64,000 nucleotides of DNA, from the sequence record PQ341120.1. One strand, 5' to 3'. This stretch comes from Escherichia phage EAWsc9. Of the stretch, positions 27,415-35,766 are shown in pieces (the first letter of the stretch is position 1; every line of letters begins with the position of its first letter). Below the pieces are notes generated by a model. That model made no database searches and was not told where the DNA came from. It saw nothing but the letters and a program-made list of their open reading frames with translations. The translations under genes were made by a program, and so were the position numbers.

Positions 27415-27831
27415 TTAAGCGTACACAGCTTTCCCATAGTATTTGTACCAGGTAGGCTTTTGAGAAATTTTCTCATTCAGTCTGGCTTGACTGATTTCAA
27501 TTGACCAGATTGATGGTTGATAATCATTCTTCCATTCATCAGGAATATCAGTTAAATCTTGGGTAGAAATATCTTTTATGTTAAACCCTCGCTTTAAACA
27601 TTCCGCAATAAGTTCTTGATGCCGGTTTTTAAGGAACAAAAGCTTATCATAAAAGAAGGTGACATGACCAGTCCCTAAAAGGAAAGATGATGGGATTTTA
27701 AAGTCAGACACCTTTTTACCATTTTGCACATGCTTACGAACAGCGCCAAAAACGCGAGGAAGTTCACGATATTCAGCCATAAGATGTTGGTCAGCGAGTT
27801 CAGATACCAGGGTTAAATTAATGCGAGTCAT
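27415..27831 (-). CDS. denV: DenV endonuclease V (pyrimidine-dimer DNA glycosylase)
   Basis: 138 aa; [35 protein letters not shown]...[11 protein letters not shown] near-identical to T4 DenV from memory. Confidence 0.92.
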   Translation of the reverse strand: MTRINLTLVSELADQHLMAEYRELPRVFGAVRKHVQNGKKVSDFKIPSSFLLGTGHVTFFYDKLLFLKNRHQELIAECLKRGFNIKDISTQDLTDIPDEWKNDYQPSIWSIEISQARLNEKISQKPTWYKYYGKAVYA

Positions 27832-27857
27832 GTTTGTTCTCCGTAGTTGATAGGGTC

Positions 27858-27887
27858 ATTATAACCCTATCATTTGGAGATGTACAC
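27858..27887 (-). promoter_or_regulatory. early sigma70-type promoter upstream of denV
   Basis: plus attata 27858-27863 and tgtacac 27881-27887, 17-bp spacer; overlaps palindrome gatagggt...accctatc. Confidence 0.45.
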
Positions 27888-28375
27888 TAATATGCGTCAA
27901 AAGTTCCGGTGCGGAAAGTTTCAATAACTCGTTTAGCCCGGTTCGGAGTCTGGACTTTATACCATCTTGAGTCTGCCAGTTCCTTGGCAGCCGCTTCCCA
28001 TGATTTAGCCTTCAGCAATCGCATACCCTTAGGAAAACCAGCAACACCAGCAACACCCATCTGGAATACCATATTAATGAGTGCACAACGACGAACTTCA
28101 TCAAGTACATCATAAACAGGTTTTAAGACAGGATGTCTCAAGATTCCGGCTTTAGCCTTTTCGACCGAACGGTTAAACAGTGTTTCGGCTTCGTGCTGGG
28201 TTATACGACCATTACAGACGCGACCCATGAGCTTATCGAGCTCGGCGCGAGCAACATCTTTTGATGGGTTCTTAGTTATCAGTTGCCCGATACCAATGGT
28301 CCAATAGCCTTCAGTATCTTTATACAAATCCAACTTACAACCTTCATCTATGCGTAACATTTCGAATATATTCAT
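27887..28375 (-). CDS. e: lysozyme (endolysin, T4 e-type)
   Basis: 162 aa; [12 protein letters not shown]...[13 protein letters not shown] with catalytic E11/D20/T26 context; matches T4 lysozyme from memory. Confidence 0.92.
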   Translation of the reverse strand: MNIFEMLRIDEGCKLDLYKDTEGYWTIGIGQLITKNPSKDVARAELDKLMGRVCNGRITQHEAETLFNRSVEKAKAGILRHPVLKPVYDVLDEVRRCALINMVFQMGVAGVAGFPKGMRLLKAKSWEAAAKELADSRWYKVQTPNRAKRVIETFRTGTFDAY

Positions 28376-28403
28376 AATACCCCCTTATATAGGGGTATTT
28401 ATT
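28376..28403 (-). promoter_or_regulatory. 5' leader hairpin covering the e ribosome-binding site, with a late-promoter-like AATAAATA box
   Basis: plus aatacccc(28376-28383)/ggggtatt(28392-28399) inverted repeat directly upstream of the e ATG; AATAAATA on the mRNA strand at 28396-28403. Confidence 0.5.
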
Positions 28404-28860
28404 ATCCGAAAATTTGAGTCATTACCTTGTACATCGATTTGCCCATCACATACTGCCATTGACTCGGTTTAATCAGAGCAAATGCATCGAACTCTGGAAC
28501 CGAACTACCATCCGGAAAGGTATGATAGGCAGAGCATTTACTATGTCTGAACTGCTCATGCTCGACCGGAACCGTGTACAAAAACAGGTGAAGATTTTTG
28601 TTATCTGAATAACGGAACTCACCTAAGTCTTTTAAGAATGCTGGGTCGTATTGGGTAAACCCGGTTTCTTCTTCGGTTTCACGGATAGCCGCTTCAATCG
28701 GGGATTCACCAGCTTCAACATGACCCTTAGGGATGTCCCATTTGTGTGCAGGCATACCTGGTTTACGAGAACCAGTCACACGACCCATGAATAACTCTTT
28801 ATCTTCAGTCATGAAAATAATGCCGGCGGATAATTCTTTCACCTTGTTTTTCTTACTCAT
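28402..28860 (-). CDS. nudE: NudE Nudix hydrolase
   Basis: ATG at 28860 gives 152 aa; Nudix box GHVEAGESPIEAAIRETEEETG. Confidence 0.75.
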   Translation of the reverse strand: MSKKNKVKELSAGIIFMTEDKELFMGRVTGSRKPGMPAHKWDIPKGHVEAGESPIEAAIRETEEETGFTQYDPAFLKDLGEFRYSDNKNLHLFLYTVPVEHEQFRHSKCSAYHTFPDGSSVPEFDAFALIKPSQWQYVMGKSMYKVMTQIFG

Positions 28861-29089
28861 CGTCACGTTTCCATGATTGGTTAAAAATATCACTCATTAA
28901 AAATTCAAGTCTATTTTCCAATGAAGGGCTTTCACTACTAGAAACTTGAACCATATAGTCAGCAATAGGTCGGAACATATCCAAGTCAGTTTCTAAATCA
29001 TCTTTGATTTTCTCTTCTGATGTACCTGTATCATAGGAATACAGATAAGAATCGCATGACTCAGATTTAATATAAATTGCAATACTCAT
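28853..29089 (-). CDS. hypothetical acidic protein
   Basis: 78-aa minus ORF. Confidence 0.3.
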   Translation of the reverse strand: MSIAIYIKSESCDSYLYSYDTGTSEEKIKDDLETDLDMFRPIADYMVQVSSSESPSLENRLEFLMSDIFNQSWKRDDE

Positions 29090-29673
29090 TTACGACATTC
29101 CTCAATAAAGGAGTTCAATGTATTTTTCTTAGTGATATCGTCATATACCTTTTTAACTTTAGAAATACGAAAAGGTACTTCAATAACCATAGTCCATAAA
29201 AATGATGCAATAAGCCCAGCGAGAGCAGTAGAAAAGCACGCACCCATTACAGCTACTGGTGCTTCATTTTTGCCTGTCAAGAAAAACCACAGGAATGGTA
29301 AAAATAAGATTCCAGCCCAGGCATAAAACCTGGAACAAATTAACTTATCAAATTCATCACTCCAGGTACGAAATCCATATTTCTTGCTATAAGAAATTAA
29401 TGGGTCGGGTGTCTGTTCTTTGAGCGGTTCTGGTTGATGCCCATTAATGATGTATCCCATTTTATATTCCTTAATTAAAAGCTCTTTCACATGACGATTG
29501 CATCGCGACCAATCAACATTTTCCACCTTGATTCCTTCATCACCATCATCAAGGTTCGCCCAATATTTTTTGGTAATCATAAATTCGTCTCTTGATACAA
29601 TTATACCTGCATTTTCTGCCCGGCGGATGAAGTTTACATCAACACCCATGCAGCCGGGTTCATAAAGGGCCAT
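29086..29673 (-). CDS. hypothetical membrane protein with C-terminal FIEECRK motif
   Basis: 195 aa; hydrophobic helices in the C-terminal half; ends ...TLNSFIEECRK. Confidence 0.4.
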   Translation of the reverse strand: MALYEPGCMGVDVNFIRRAENAGIIVSRDEFMITKKYWANLDDGDEGIKVENVDWSRCNRHVKELLIKEYKMGYIINGHQPEPLKEQTPDPLISYSKKYGFRTWSDEFDKLICSRFYAWAGILFLPFLWFFLTGKNEAPVAVMGACFSTALAGLIASFLWTMVIEVPFRISKVKKVYDDITKKNTLNSFIEECRK

Positions 29674-30365
29674 TACCAGCCCTCCATGGGGAATTCCAGA
29701 TATACTTGAGCATTAACGCGGATTTCATTGGTAACTTTATTAACACGGTCAGTTTTACGAGATACGCGACCAAACCAACGCCAACCGTTACTAACTGTTT
29801 TTGTTCCAGTATGCCATGTCTGCCAGTTGAATTCACATAATGTGCGGTCAGGAGCTTCTTGAACTAAAAGTTCACCTGCCTTGATTTTTTCCAGAACTTC
29901 CTGGTGCCACTGGCGATAGATAAGTTCGCCATCAGGAATCTGACTGAATTCTGCAGTTCCAAGAGCAAAATTAGTAGGGCAAACAGAAGCGTTAACCAGA
30001 CCCAGGATGTGTTCAGAATGGTAACGAGGGTTATCATAATCAGGTTGTCCTGCTGTAATAAAATGTTGTCCTGCTGGAATATCTGGACGTGGTACATCAT
30101 CATGGTGATACCCAGGGATAGCGGGATACCAACCAGGCATCAACATATGGACGCGAGAATCAAACACCAAATTATCAGGACCATCAGTCCATTCTTTTGG
30201 TAGGTTATCAAGAAAACTGCGCGTGATTGGGCCACCATGCTTATGCGCAAATTCTGGATAGCAGTTAAAGAACATAGGCTCATTTTTGATTTGGTCATTA
30301 CTGATATCTTGAGCAAATTGACCAACTTCACGCATTTGACTATTAAAAGTTTTTGAACTATTCAT
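29673..30365 (-). CDS. hypothetical protein, His-rich
   Basis: 230 aa; several His/Asp clusters (YHHDD, HSEH) that could bind metal; fold not assigned. Confidence 0.4.
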   Translation of the reverse strand: MNSSKTFNSQMREVGQFAQDISNDQIKNEPMFFNCYPEFAHKHGGPITRSFLDNLPKEWTDGPDNLVFDSRVHMLMPGWYPAIPGYHHDDVPRPDIPAGQHFITAGQPDYDNPRYHSEHILGLVNASVCPTNFALGTAEFSQIPDGELIYRQWHQEVLEKIKAGELLVQEAPDRTLCEFNWQTWHTGTKTVSNGWRWFGRVSRKTDRVNKVTNEIRVNAQVYLEFPMEGW

Positions 30366-30424
30366 AATATTTTCCTCATTGATTGTGGGACCATTGTGTC
30401 ATAGTCCCACTTGGATGTACACAC

Positions 30425-31384
30425 TTATTTTTCGAAAGGACGAATTAAATGTTGGTTAGCTTTGAAACGTTTAACATAGTCTTCGTGCCCCAGGGTGTTG
30501 TACATATTAACCACTTCCTGATAATGTTCCCAAGCATACTCGCGGAACCATCCAGAAGTAATGGAGGTGCAGACTTTTTCCAGAGCAATATGGAAGCTCA
30601 CGGATGGAGAGATATTGAACTCATTGGGAACCTGCGAACGCTCCAGAGCGAGTACACATGCTTCTTCATAAACCCCTGCCAGTTTAATAATCTCAGGGAG
30701 TGCTTCAAATTTTTCACGCGAGGTCATAACTTCTGAATCATCCTTCATATAGAACTTATATGCAGGCTTATCAGCAAGCGCCACAGCCTCGTGGATGGAG
30801 TCATGGTCAAGGGTATAGATTGTATCATTAAAGAAAGTTTTCTTGCCCACGTCTAGTTTAGGGTGACTATATGACAATGTTTCTGCCTGGCGCTGCAGCA
30901 TGATTTTATGCAGTTCGTCATTAAGAACAACACCCTTATTGCGAAGGTAATTAATATGACTCATTGTCTTCAGGAAGAATGGATTGTTCTTCAGGTAACG
31001 ATGAGACAGTTTAATTGCCAGACAAATATCAGGAGTCGCCCAATAGAAACCTGTAAGACGGTCTTTCTTAATATGATTTTCAGCGTATTTCAAGAGACGA
31101 TAACTTGAGGTGAAATCTTCATCTTGAAGCTCACCAGTAATTTCTCGTACGTTAGTCAGGGCACGGACAATATAAGCTTCAAAATAGGTTTCTTTTCCAT
31201 TGTACATACATTTAAAAGCTTGGACATCAGGGTTATCCACAGGAACATGAGCACCGAACATACGTGCTTTAAAGTGGTTCCAGGAGCCCTGGTCAGCGAT
31301 AAAGTCCCAATCAGAGTTTTCAATTTTCTGACTTTCAATCAGACCAGCGTTATGTAATGCACGAGAACCAATAACTAACATCAT
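30425..31384 (-). CDS. hypothetical protein with possible nucleotidyltransferase-like N-terminus
   Basis: 319 aa; N-terminal IGSRAL...x17...SDWDF loosely resembles a GS...DxD nucleotidyltransferase signature; weak. Confidence 0.4.
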   Translation of the reverse strand: MMLVIGSRALHNAGLIESQKIENSDWDFIADQGSWNHFKARMFGAHVPVDNPDVQAFKCMYNGKETYFEAYIVRALTNVREITGELQDEDFTSSYRLLKYAENHIKKDRLTGFYWATPDICLAIKLSHRYLKNNPFFLKTMSHINYLRNKGVVLNDELHKIMLQRQAETLSYSHPKLDVGKKTFFNDTIYTLDHDSIHEAVALADKPAYKFYMKDDSEVMTSREKFEALPEIIKLAGVYEEACVLALERSQVPNEFNISPSVSFHIALEKVCTSITSGWFREYAWEHYQEVVNMYNTLGHEDYVKRFKANQHLIRPFEK

Positions 31385-31397
31385 AATATTTTCCTCA

Positions 31398-31565
31398 TTA
31401 GTAAAGACGAGTTACTTCATATTTTCCAATTGCCGATTTTTTCGCTTCAATTCGTGAGGCAGCAAGATTGGCGGCCTCTAGTGAAGAAAATTGAACCACT
31501 TGAGAAGTATTCTGTCTTACTCCACCTTGCGGGTGAGTGACAAAAACAATAAGAATATTATACAT
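31398..31565 (-). CDS. hypothetical small protein (below ORF-track cutoff)
   Basis: hand-translated 55 aa MYNILIVFVTHPQGG...; RBS GAGGAAAATATT identical to the two downstream genes. Confidence 0.3.
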   Translation of the reverse strand: MYNILIVFVTHPQGGVRQNTSQVVQFSSLEAANLAASRIEAKKSAIGKYEVTRLY

Positions 31566-31575
31566 AATATTTTCC

Positions 31576-31776
31576 TCAAATAATACCGTATGCGTAAATA
31601 TCTCTTTTAATGCAGGAAACTACTTCTTCCAAAGAATCACAAACACGTTCTGTGGCGCCTGCGTAATCACCACTGATGGTTACTTTAATGCCATCAGAAA
31701 CTTCCTGGAGATTAACCTCCAGTTGGTTGACTTTGGCTTCGTTCAGAACTTTGATTAATTCGTTTGCGATAGACAT
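31576..31776 (-). CDS. hypothetical protein
   Basis: 66 aa; AGGAGA RBS. Confidence 0.35.
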   Translation of the reverse strand: MSIANELIKVLNEAKVNQLEVNLQEVSDGIKVTISGDYAGATERVCDSLEEVVSCIKRDIYAYGII

Positions 31777-31840
31777 TTTTATTCTCCTGTTCTGATAACG
31801 TGATTGTCATCAGTTGATAGGAGTATAGTAACACAGTTTT

Positions 31841-32170
31841 TTAGACTTGTATACTGCTTCTACAATATTCTAAAAATAATTTATCGTTGTTTACCTTATC
31901 CCAACGACGCCAAGATGGATTCCAGACCAGAGCGTTGTCACCGCAATCATTGAGCTTAAAGTGGTCGTAGTACATAGCTATATGTCTGGTTTCGTCACCA
32001 GAGAACCCCAGTATATGCTCACCGTGGGTATGATACATATGATGATGCATTGAGAGGTCGCATTTGTAAAACATCTCACGTTTACCACGAACGAACAAGA
32101 AGGCTTGCTCATTCATATAGAATTCTTTATCTGTTTTCAAAAGATATTTGAATACCGAATCTTTATGCAT
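31841..32170 (-). CDS. hypothetical His-rich protein
   Basis: ATG at 32170 behind AGGAGG gives 109 aa; SMHHHMYHTHGEH cluster. Confidence 0.35.
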   Translation of the reverse strand: MHKDSVFKYLLKTDKEFYMNEQAFLFVRGKREMFYKCDLSMHHHMYHTHGEHILGFSGDETRHIAMYYDHFKLNDCGDNALVWNPSWRRWDKVNNDKLFLEYCRSSIQV

Positions 32171-32200
32171 AATTCCTCCTACCACATCCTTGTGATTAAA

Positions 32201-32428
32201 TTATTTTCCTAACGAAATACGAGTAGGTTTTTTACCGAAATATTCTTCATAGGAACCATCTAAACGACCCGCTTTAGACCGACAATACGAATCATACTTT
32301 TTGTAATAAGTCAACTCGTTATTATAACGTGGATGTCTATCAGCCATAATAATACTTAATGGCCAACCTTTGGCATAATCACGAAGACCATTTATTTTAC
32401 GAATATATCTTTTCTTTAATTTTAGCAT
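32201..32428 (-). CDS. hypothetical basic protein
   Basis: 75-aa minus ORF. Confidence 0.3.
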   Translation of the reverse strand: MLKLKKRYIRKINGLRDYAKGWPLSIIMADRHPRYNNELTYYKKYDSYCRSKAGRLDGSYEEYFGKKPTRISLGK

Positions 32429-32646
32429 GAGCTCGGGTACCAGATTTTACCGTCGGCGCGGGCAACGAAGGTACGACCAGCTTCTTCGCCGTAACAAGAG
32501 CTATTCAGCCAATCTTCAAGACGAACTTCACCGTCATAATCATCTAGCTCAACACCAAAATCCTGAGCAGAAGCCATATCTTTTACTTTCTTATACAGGG
32601 CAGCCAGTTCAAGAGCAGCTTTTTCTAATTCGTTAATATCAGTCAT
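32422..32646 (-). CDS. small protein, C-terminal W-Y-P-S-S-C tail family member D
   Basis: 74 aa; TAAGGAA RBS; ends ...GKIWYPSSC. Confidence 0.45.
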   Translation of the reverse strand: MTDINELEKAALELAALYKKVKDMASAQDFGVELDDYDGEVRLEDWLNSSCYGEEAGRTFVARADGKIWYPSSC

Positions 32647-32656
32647 TTTTTATTCC

Positions 32657-32854
32657 TTAGCATTCGTAAGAGGAGGACACCCAAGAGGTACCACTAATTG
32701 TAATACAACCATTATAAAGCGTGATATGTCGTTCTAAGTCACGAACACCATCAATGTAGATATCAGCTTCTTCGCGTTCTTCTTTACAAATCTGGATAAC
32801 ATTTTCAATAGCTGCCGCGGCAGTACGGATTGCACAATCTAATTCACGAGACAT
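32657..32854 (-). CDS. small protein, C-terminal W-V-S-S-S-x-x-C tail family member C
   Basis: ATG at 32854 behind AAGGAA gives 65 aa; ends ...SGTSWVSSSYEC. Confidence 0.45.
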   Translation of the reverse strand: MSRELDCAIRTAAAAIENVIQICKEEREEADIYIDGVRDLERHITLYNGCITISGTSWVSSSYEC

Positions 32855-32862
32855 AACATTCC

Positions 32863-33144
32863 TTAACATTCAGCAGAAGAGGACACCCAACCACCATTTT
32901 CCAGGTCAGTTGTATAGTCATGAGTATTAACAATAGCCCATTCAGGATGACCATGTTCTTCCCAATGAGCAAGGTCAGCTTTCAGGGCGCCAGGAGAATA
33001 ATAGTCACCGCCCATACCGCGAGCAGGGTATATATTAAAATGAGTCTCATATTTGTCTGCAATTTCCTCGGCACGACGAATAGCTTTATGGATGTCATTT
33101 ACTGCGTTAGCCAGTTCTTTATTTTTACGGTAATCATTCATCAT
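32863..33144 (-). CDS. small protein, C-terminal W-V-S-S-S-x-x-C tail family member B
   Basis: 93 aa; ends ...NGGWVSSSAEC; shares EEIADKY segment with member A. Confidence 0.45.
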   Translation of the reverse strand: MMNDYRKNKELANAVNDIHKAIRRAEEIADKYETHFNIYPARGMGGDYYSPGALKADLAHWEEHGHPEWAIVNTHDYTTDLENGGWVSSSAEC

Positions 33145-33153
33145 AACGTTTCC

Positions 33154-33444
33154 TTAGCACATTGCCGAAGAGGAGACCCAAGCACCAACTGTAACGACAC
33201 CGTTTTCAACTTCACCGCCGTTGTTTTCAATTTCATCTTTAAACCACTGGGAGCACTCATAACCGACAGGATAATATGTACGGCCTGAACCATAATCACC
33301 GGTACCGAATTGGATACCATATTCATCTGCGATTTCTTCACAGTGTTTTTCAATTTCAGAGGTCTTATTTAGAAGAGAATAGATGGCTTTTTCTGCAGAT
33401 TTCTCATCATAATACTTGGGGATAGCAATTTCAATTTTATTCAT
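33154..33444 (-). CDS. small protein, C-terminal W-V-S-S-S-x-x-C tail family member A
   Basis: 96 aa; ends ...VGAWVSSSAMC; AAGGAA RBS. Confidence 0.45.
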   Translation of the reverse strand: MNKIEIAIPKYYDEKSAEKAIYSLLNKTSEIEKHCEEIADEYGIQFGTGDYGSGRTYYPVGYECSQWFKDEIENNGGEVENGVVTVGAWVSSSAMC

Positions 33445-33794
33445 GATTTACATTCCTTAATAAAGGTTTCAAGGTCATTACGTTTTGTTTTGTCTAGGAA
33501 CTTATTATACTCAGCCATTGCTGAAGCATATCTCTTCCGACTAGGAGCATTCACGGCGTTTGTGTGACAAATATCATACACAACCGGGATAAAATAAGCC
33601 ACAACAGCCGGAGCGATTATCATAAAGAAACCCATCTCAATGGGCATGACTCCCTCGATTGCAGCCATAACCGTGGTCATTACCAGACCAACCAAACCAC
33701 CGAGCATACCGGTGACAATTCCCAATAATAAATTGCCGCCAATATCATATTCAGCCAATTGATAAACATGTGATGCAAGACTAGGCCGTTCCAT
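33441..33794 (-). CDS. hypothetical membrane protein with C-terminal FIKECKS motif
   Basis: ATG at 33794 behind AAGGAGG gives 117 aa; two hydrophobic helices; ends ...LETFIKECKS. Confidence 0.4.
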   Translation of the reverse strand: MERPSLASHVYQLAEYDIGGNLLLGIVTGMLGGLVGLVMTTVMAAIEGVMPIEMGFFMIIAPAVVAYFIPVVYDICHTNAVNAPSRKRYASAMAEYNKFLDKTKRNDLETFIKECKS

Positions 33795-34140
33795 TACGAA
33801 CCTCCTTAATAAATTCTTCGGCACATTTAATTTTGTGCTCTTCTTGTAGGGAAACACATTTTTGTTCCCACTCTTTAACTCGCCCACGATATCCTTTATT
33901 CATATGATTTTGATGCCACACATTTATCAATATCATACTCAGGACCGTAATAAAAGGAGCTGCGATTATTAGCGCCCAGGCAACTCCAACACTAATGATA
34001 TCCATATCCCCGCAAAGCACCATCATTATAACCCCAACGATGCACATGGACAAAGCTCCAAATGGAGGCATAAGGTCTTTATCAATCTTGTCTGCGTATA
34101 CAAATTTTTCTGGTTTACTTGGCAGATATAGCGTTCGCAT
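33781..34140 (-). CDS. hypothetical membrane protein with C-terminal FIKEV motif
   Basis: track ORF 33781..34176; start MRTLYLP at 34140 preferred; hydrophobic helices; ...CAEEFIKEVRNGTA. Confidence 0.35.
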   Translation of the reverse strand: MRTLYLPSKPEKFVYADKIDKDLMPPFGALSMCIVGVIMMVLCGDMDIISVGVAWALIIAAPFITVLSMILINVWHQNHMNKGYRGRVKEWEQKCVSLQEEHKIKCAEEFIKEVRNGTA

Positions 34141-34687
34141 TTTGAACCCCTTTAGCATATTCACGACATTCAGCAATAAAACGATTAAGCTTACGTTTCC
34201 GTTTACGACCCTCTAATGTGTACTCAGCCGCCAAATCAAGAAGCTCATCTTTATCATAATTTTTAATATCAGTATAAGTTGGGCGGCGGTCAACCATTCC
34301 AAAGTGGTCACCATTTTCCAACATCAAATAACACACCAAATGGTCATCATCGTCCGCATTAATAAGCTGCTTATAATCACTTGGTTCATTTAACGCATAC
34401 ACAGAATAACTCAGCCCAGCGAATTCCACTCGTTGAATACCCAGATTTACGTCAATAATTTCCAAGGCATCTGCAAAAGAAAGGTCTTCAGCTAAAGCAA
34501 AAATAAAAGGCAATTTGGTAGTATCGCCGCGACTTGTTGTTCTTCTTAAGAAATCATTGGAATAACCCAAGTCGCGGCGGATTCTATAAAGAACTGTGTT
34601 AGTTTCAGTGGCAAGACCACTACCGCCAAACCATTCCACATTTGATAAAAGATTATCATATAAAGTCATAATTTTCTCCTCTCCCAA
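34115..34687 (-). CDS. hypothetical protein with C-terminal FIAECREY motif
   Basis: 190 aa; ends ...KLNRFIAECREYAKGVQNANAISAK. Confidence 0.4.
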   Translation of the reverse strand: MGEEKIMTLYDNLLSNVEWFGGSGLATETNTVLYRIRRDLGYSNDFLRRTTSRGDTTKLPFIFALAEDLSFADALEIIDVNLGIQRVEFAGLSYSVYALNEPSDYKQLINADDDDHLVCYLMLENGDHFGMVDRRPTYTDIKNYDKDELLDLAAEYTLEGRKRKRKLNRFIAECREYAKGVQNANAISAK

Positions 34688-34711
34688 TTAGGGGGCTTTG
34701 CCCCCTTTATC

Positions 34712-35305
34712 TTACTTAAGTGAATTGATGTATTCTTCAATGTCAGCGGACGTGGTATCCACACCAACCTGTGGACCTTTGAAGGTTTCAACACGCATCA
34801 AGGTGTCTTCAATATCAATCTTAGTCAATGCAGCGATTTCAACAACATCATCTGCAGTCGCAATACCCAGGGCAGATACCTTACGGGTTTCGCGGATGTA
34901 TTCCAGTTTAACAGCTAGTTCCTGACGAGAATCATCCAGCTCTTTAACTTTCAATTTAATTTCATTACGCATTTCAACATAATCGTCTGCCTTCTTACGA
35001 AGTTGTTTAGCAGTGCGACGATACAGGAGACCCAGTTTAGCATGGACCTGGACATCCGCACCATCAGCAATCAGTTTGCGGATTTCACGCTCTTTTGAGG
35101 CGGCAAGTTGGTCTTTTTCATTCGCTAACTCGCGGATGCGTTTTTCTTCATTAACAGACTTAACGTGGGCGGTCTGGAGCTCAGTAATCTTGTCAATCAG
35201 GGTAGACGCCGCTTGAGTATATTGGTCTTCAATAGACAGGTTTTTTGCCATTGCAGTACCCAGTTTGGAGCGGATGAATTCAACAAGTTTCTTTAAAGTA
35301 TTCAT
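34712..35305 (-). CDS. coiled-coil protein, possibly PspA/IM30-like
   Basis: 197 aa, long charged heptad-rich helices; similarity to PspA judged by eye only. Confidence 0.35.
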   Translation of the reverse strand: MNTLKKLVEFIRSKLGTAMAKNLSIEDQYTQAASTLIDKITELQTAHVKSVNEEKRIRELANEKDQLAASKEREIRKLIADGADVQVHAKLGLLYRRTAKQLRKKADDYVEMRNEIKLKVKELDDSRQELAVKLEYIRETRKVSALGIATADDVVEIAALTKIDIEDTLMRVETFKGPQVGVDTTSADIEEYINSLK

Positions 35306-35377
35306 GGTATTTCCTTCAGTTGGTTAATGTTTTATTATCCAGGGAACATACTATCATGTTCCCATTAAAGCACTAAT

Positions 35378-35683
35378 TTAGATTTTGTTTTCCTGCACAC
35401 CATAATAAAGTTCATCAGACACAATATCCAGGATGCGGCGAACATATTCATCATGGTATTGGCAGTCAAAATCAAATGCAACAGTAGTTTCCGCTTCACG
35501 AGTGAATTTAACTTGCACATTCAGGTGATTAACAACGTTAGTTAATTTATCAGTAAAGAACTCTTTTGCTACCGCCTGTTGGACTTGCACTTTAAACTTG
35601 GTGTTGCGAATCATATTTTCAGCAGATGCGAAATTACCAGTTTTATCAAAGTCAACAAGCGCCAGGTTGATGATGAATTTCAT
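35378..35683 (-). CDS. hypothetical protein
   Basis: 101 aa; ATG at 35683 behind CACTGGAGAATAAA leader cassette. Confidence 0.35.
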   Translation of the reverse strand: MKFIINLALVDFDKTGNFASAENMIRNTKFKVQVQQAVAKEFFTDKLTNVVNHLNVQVKFTREAETTVAFDFDCQYHDEYVRRILDIVSDELYYGVQENKI

Positions 35684-35724
35684 TTTATTCTCCAGTGTTT
35701 TATTTGGTAACTCAGTATGGAATC

Positions 35725-35754
35725 ATTATGCCTTAAAGCAGGGGGCTTGTATAC
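35725..35754 (-). promoter_or_regulatory. early sigma70-type promoter (-35 GTATACA, 17 bp, -10 CATAAT) with conserved leader
   Basis: plus attatg 35725-35730 and tgtatac 35748-35754; -35 in loop of GGGGG/CCCCC hairpin. Confidence 0.45.
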
Positions 35755-35766
35755 CCCCTTTTTGAA

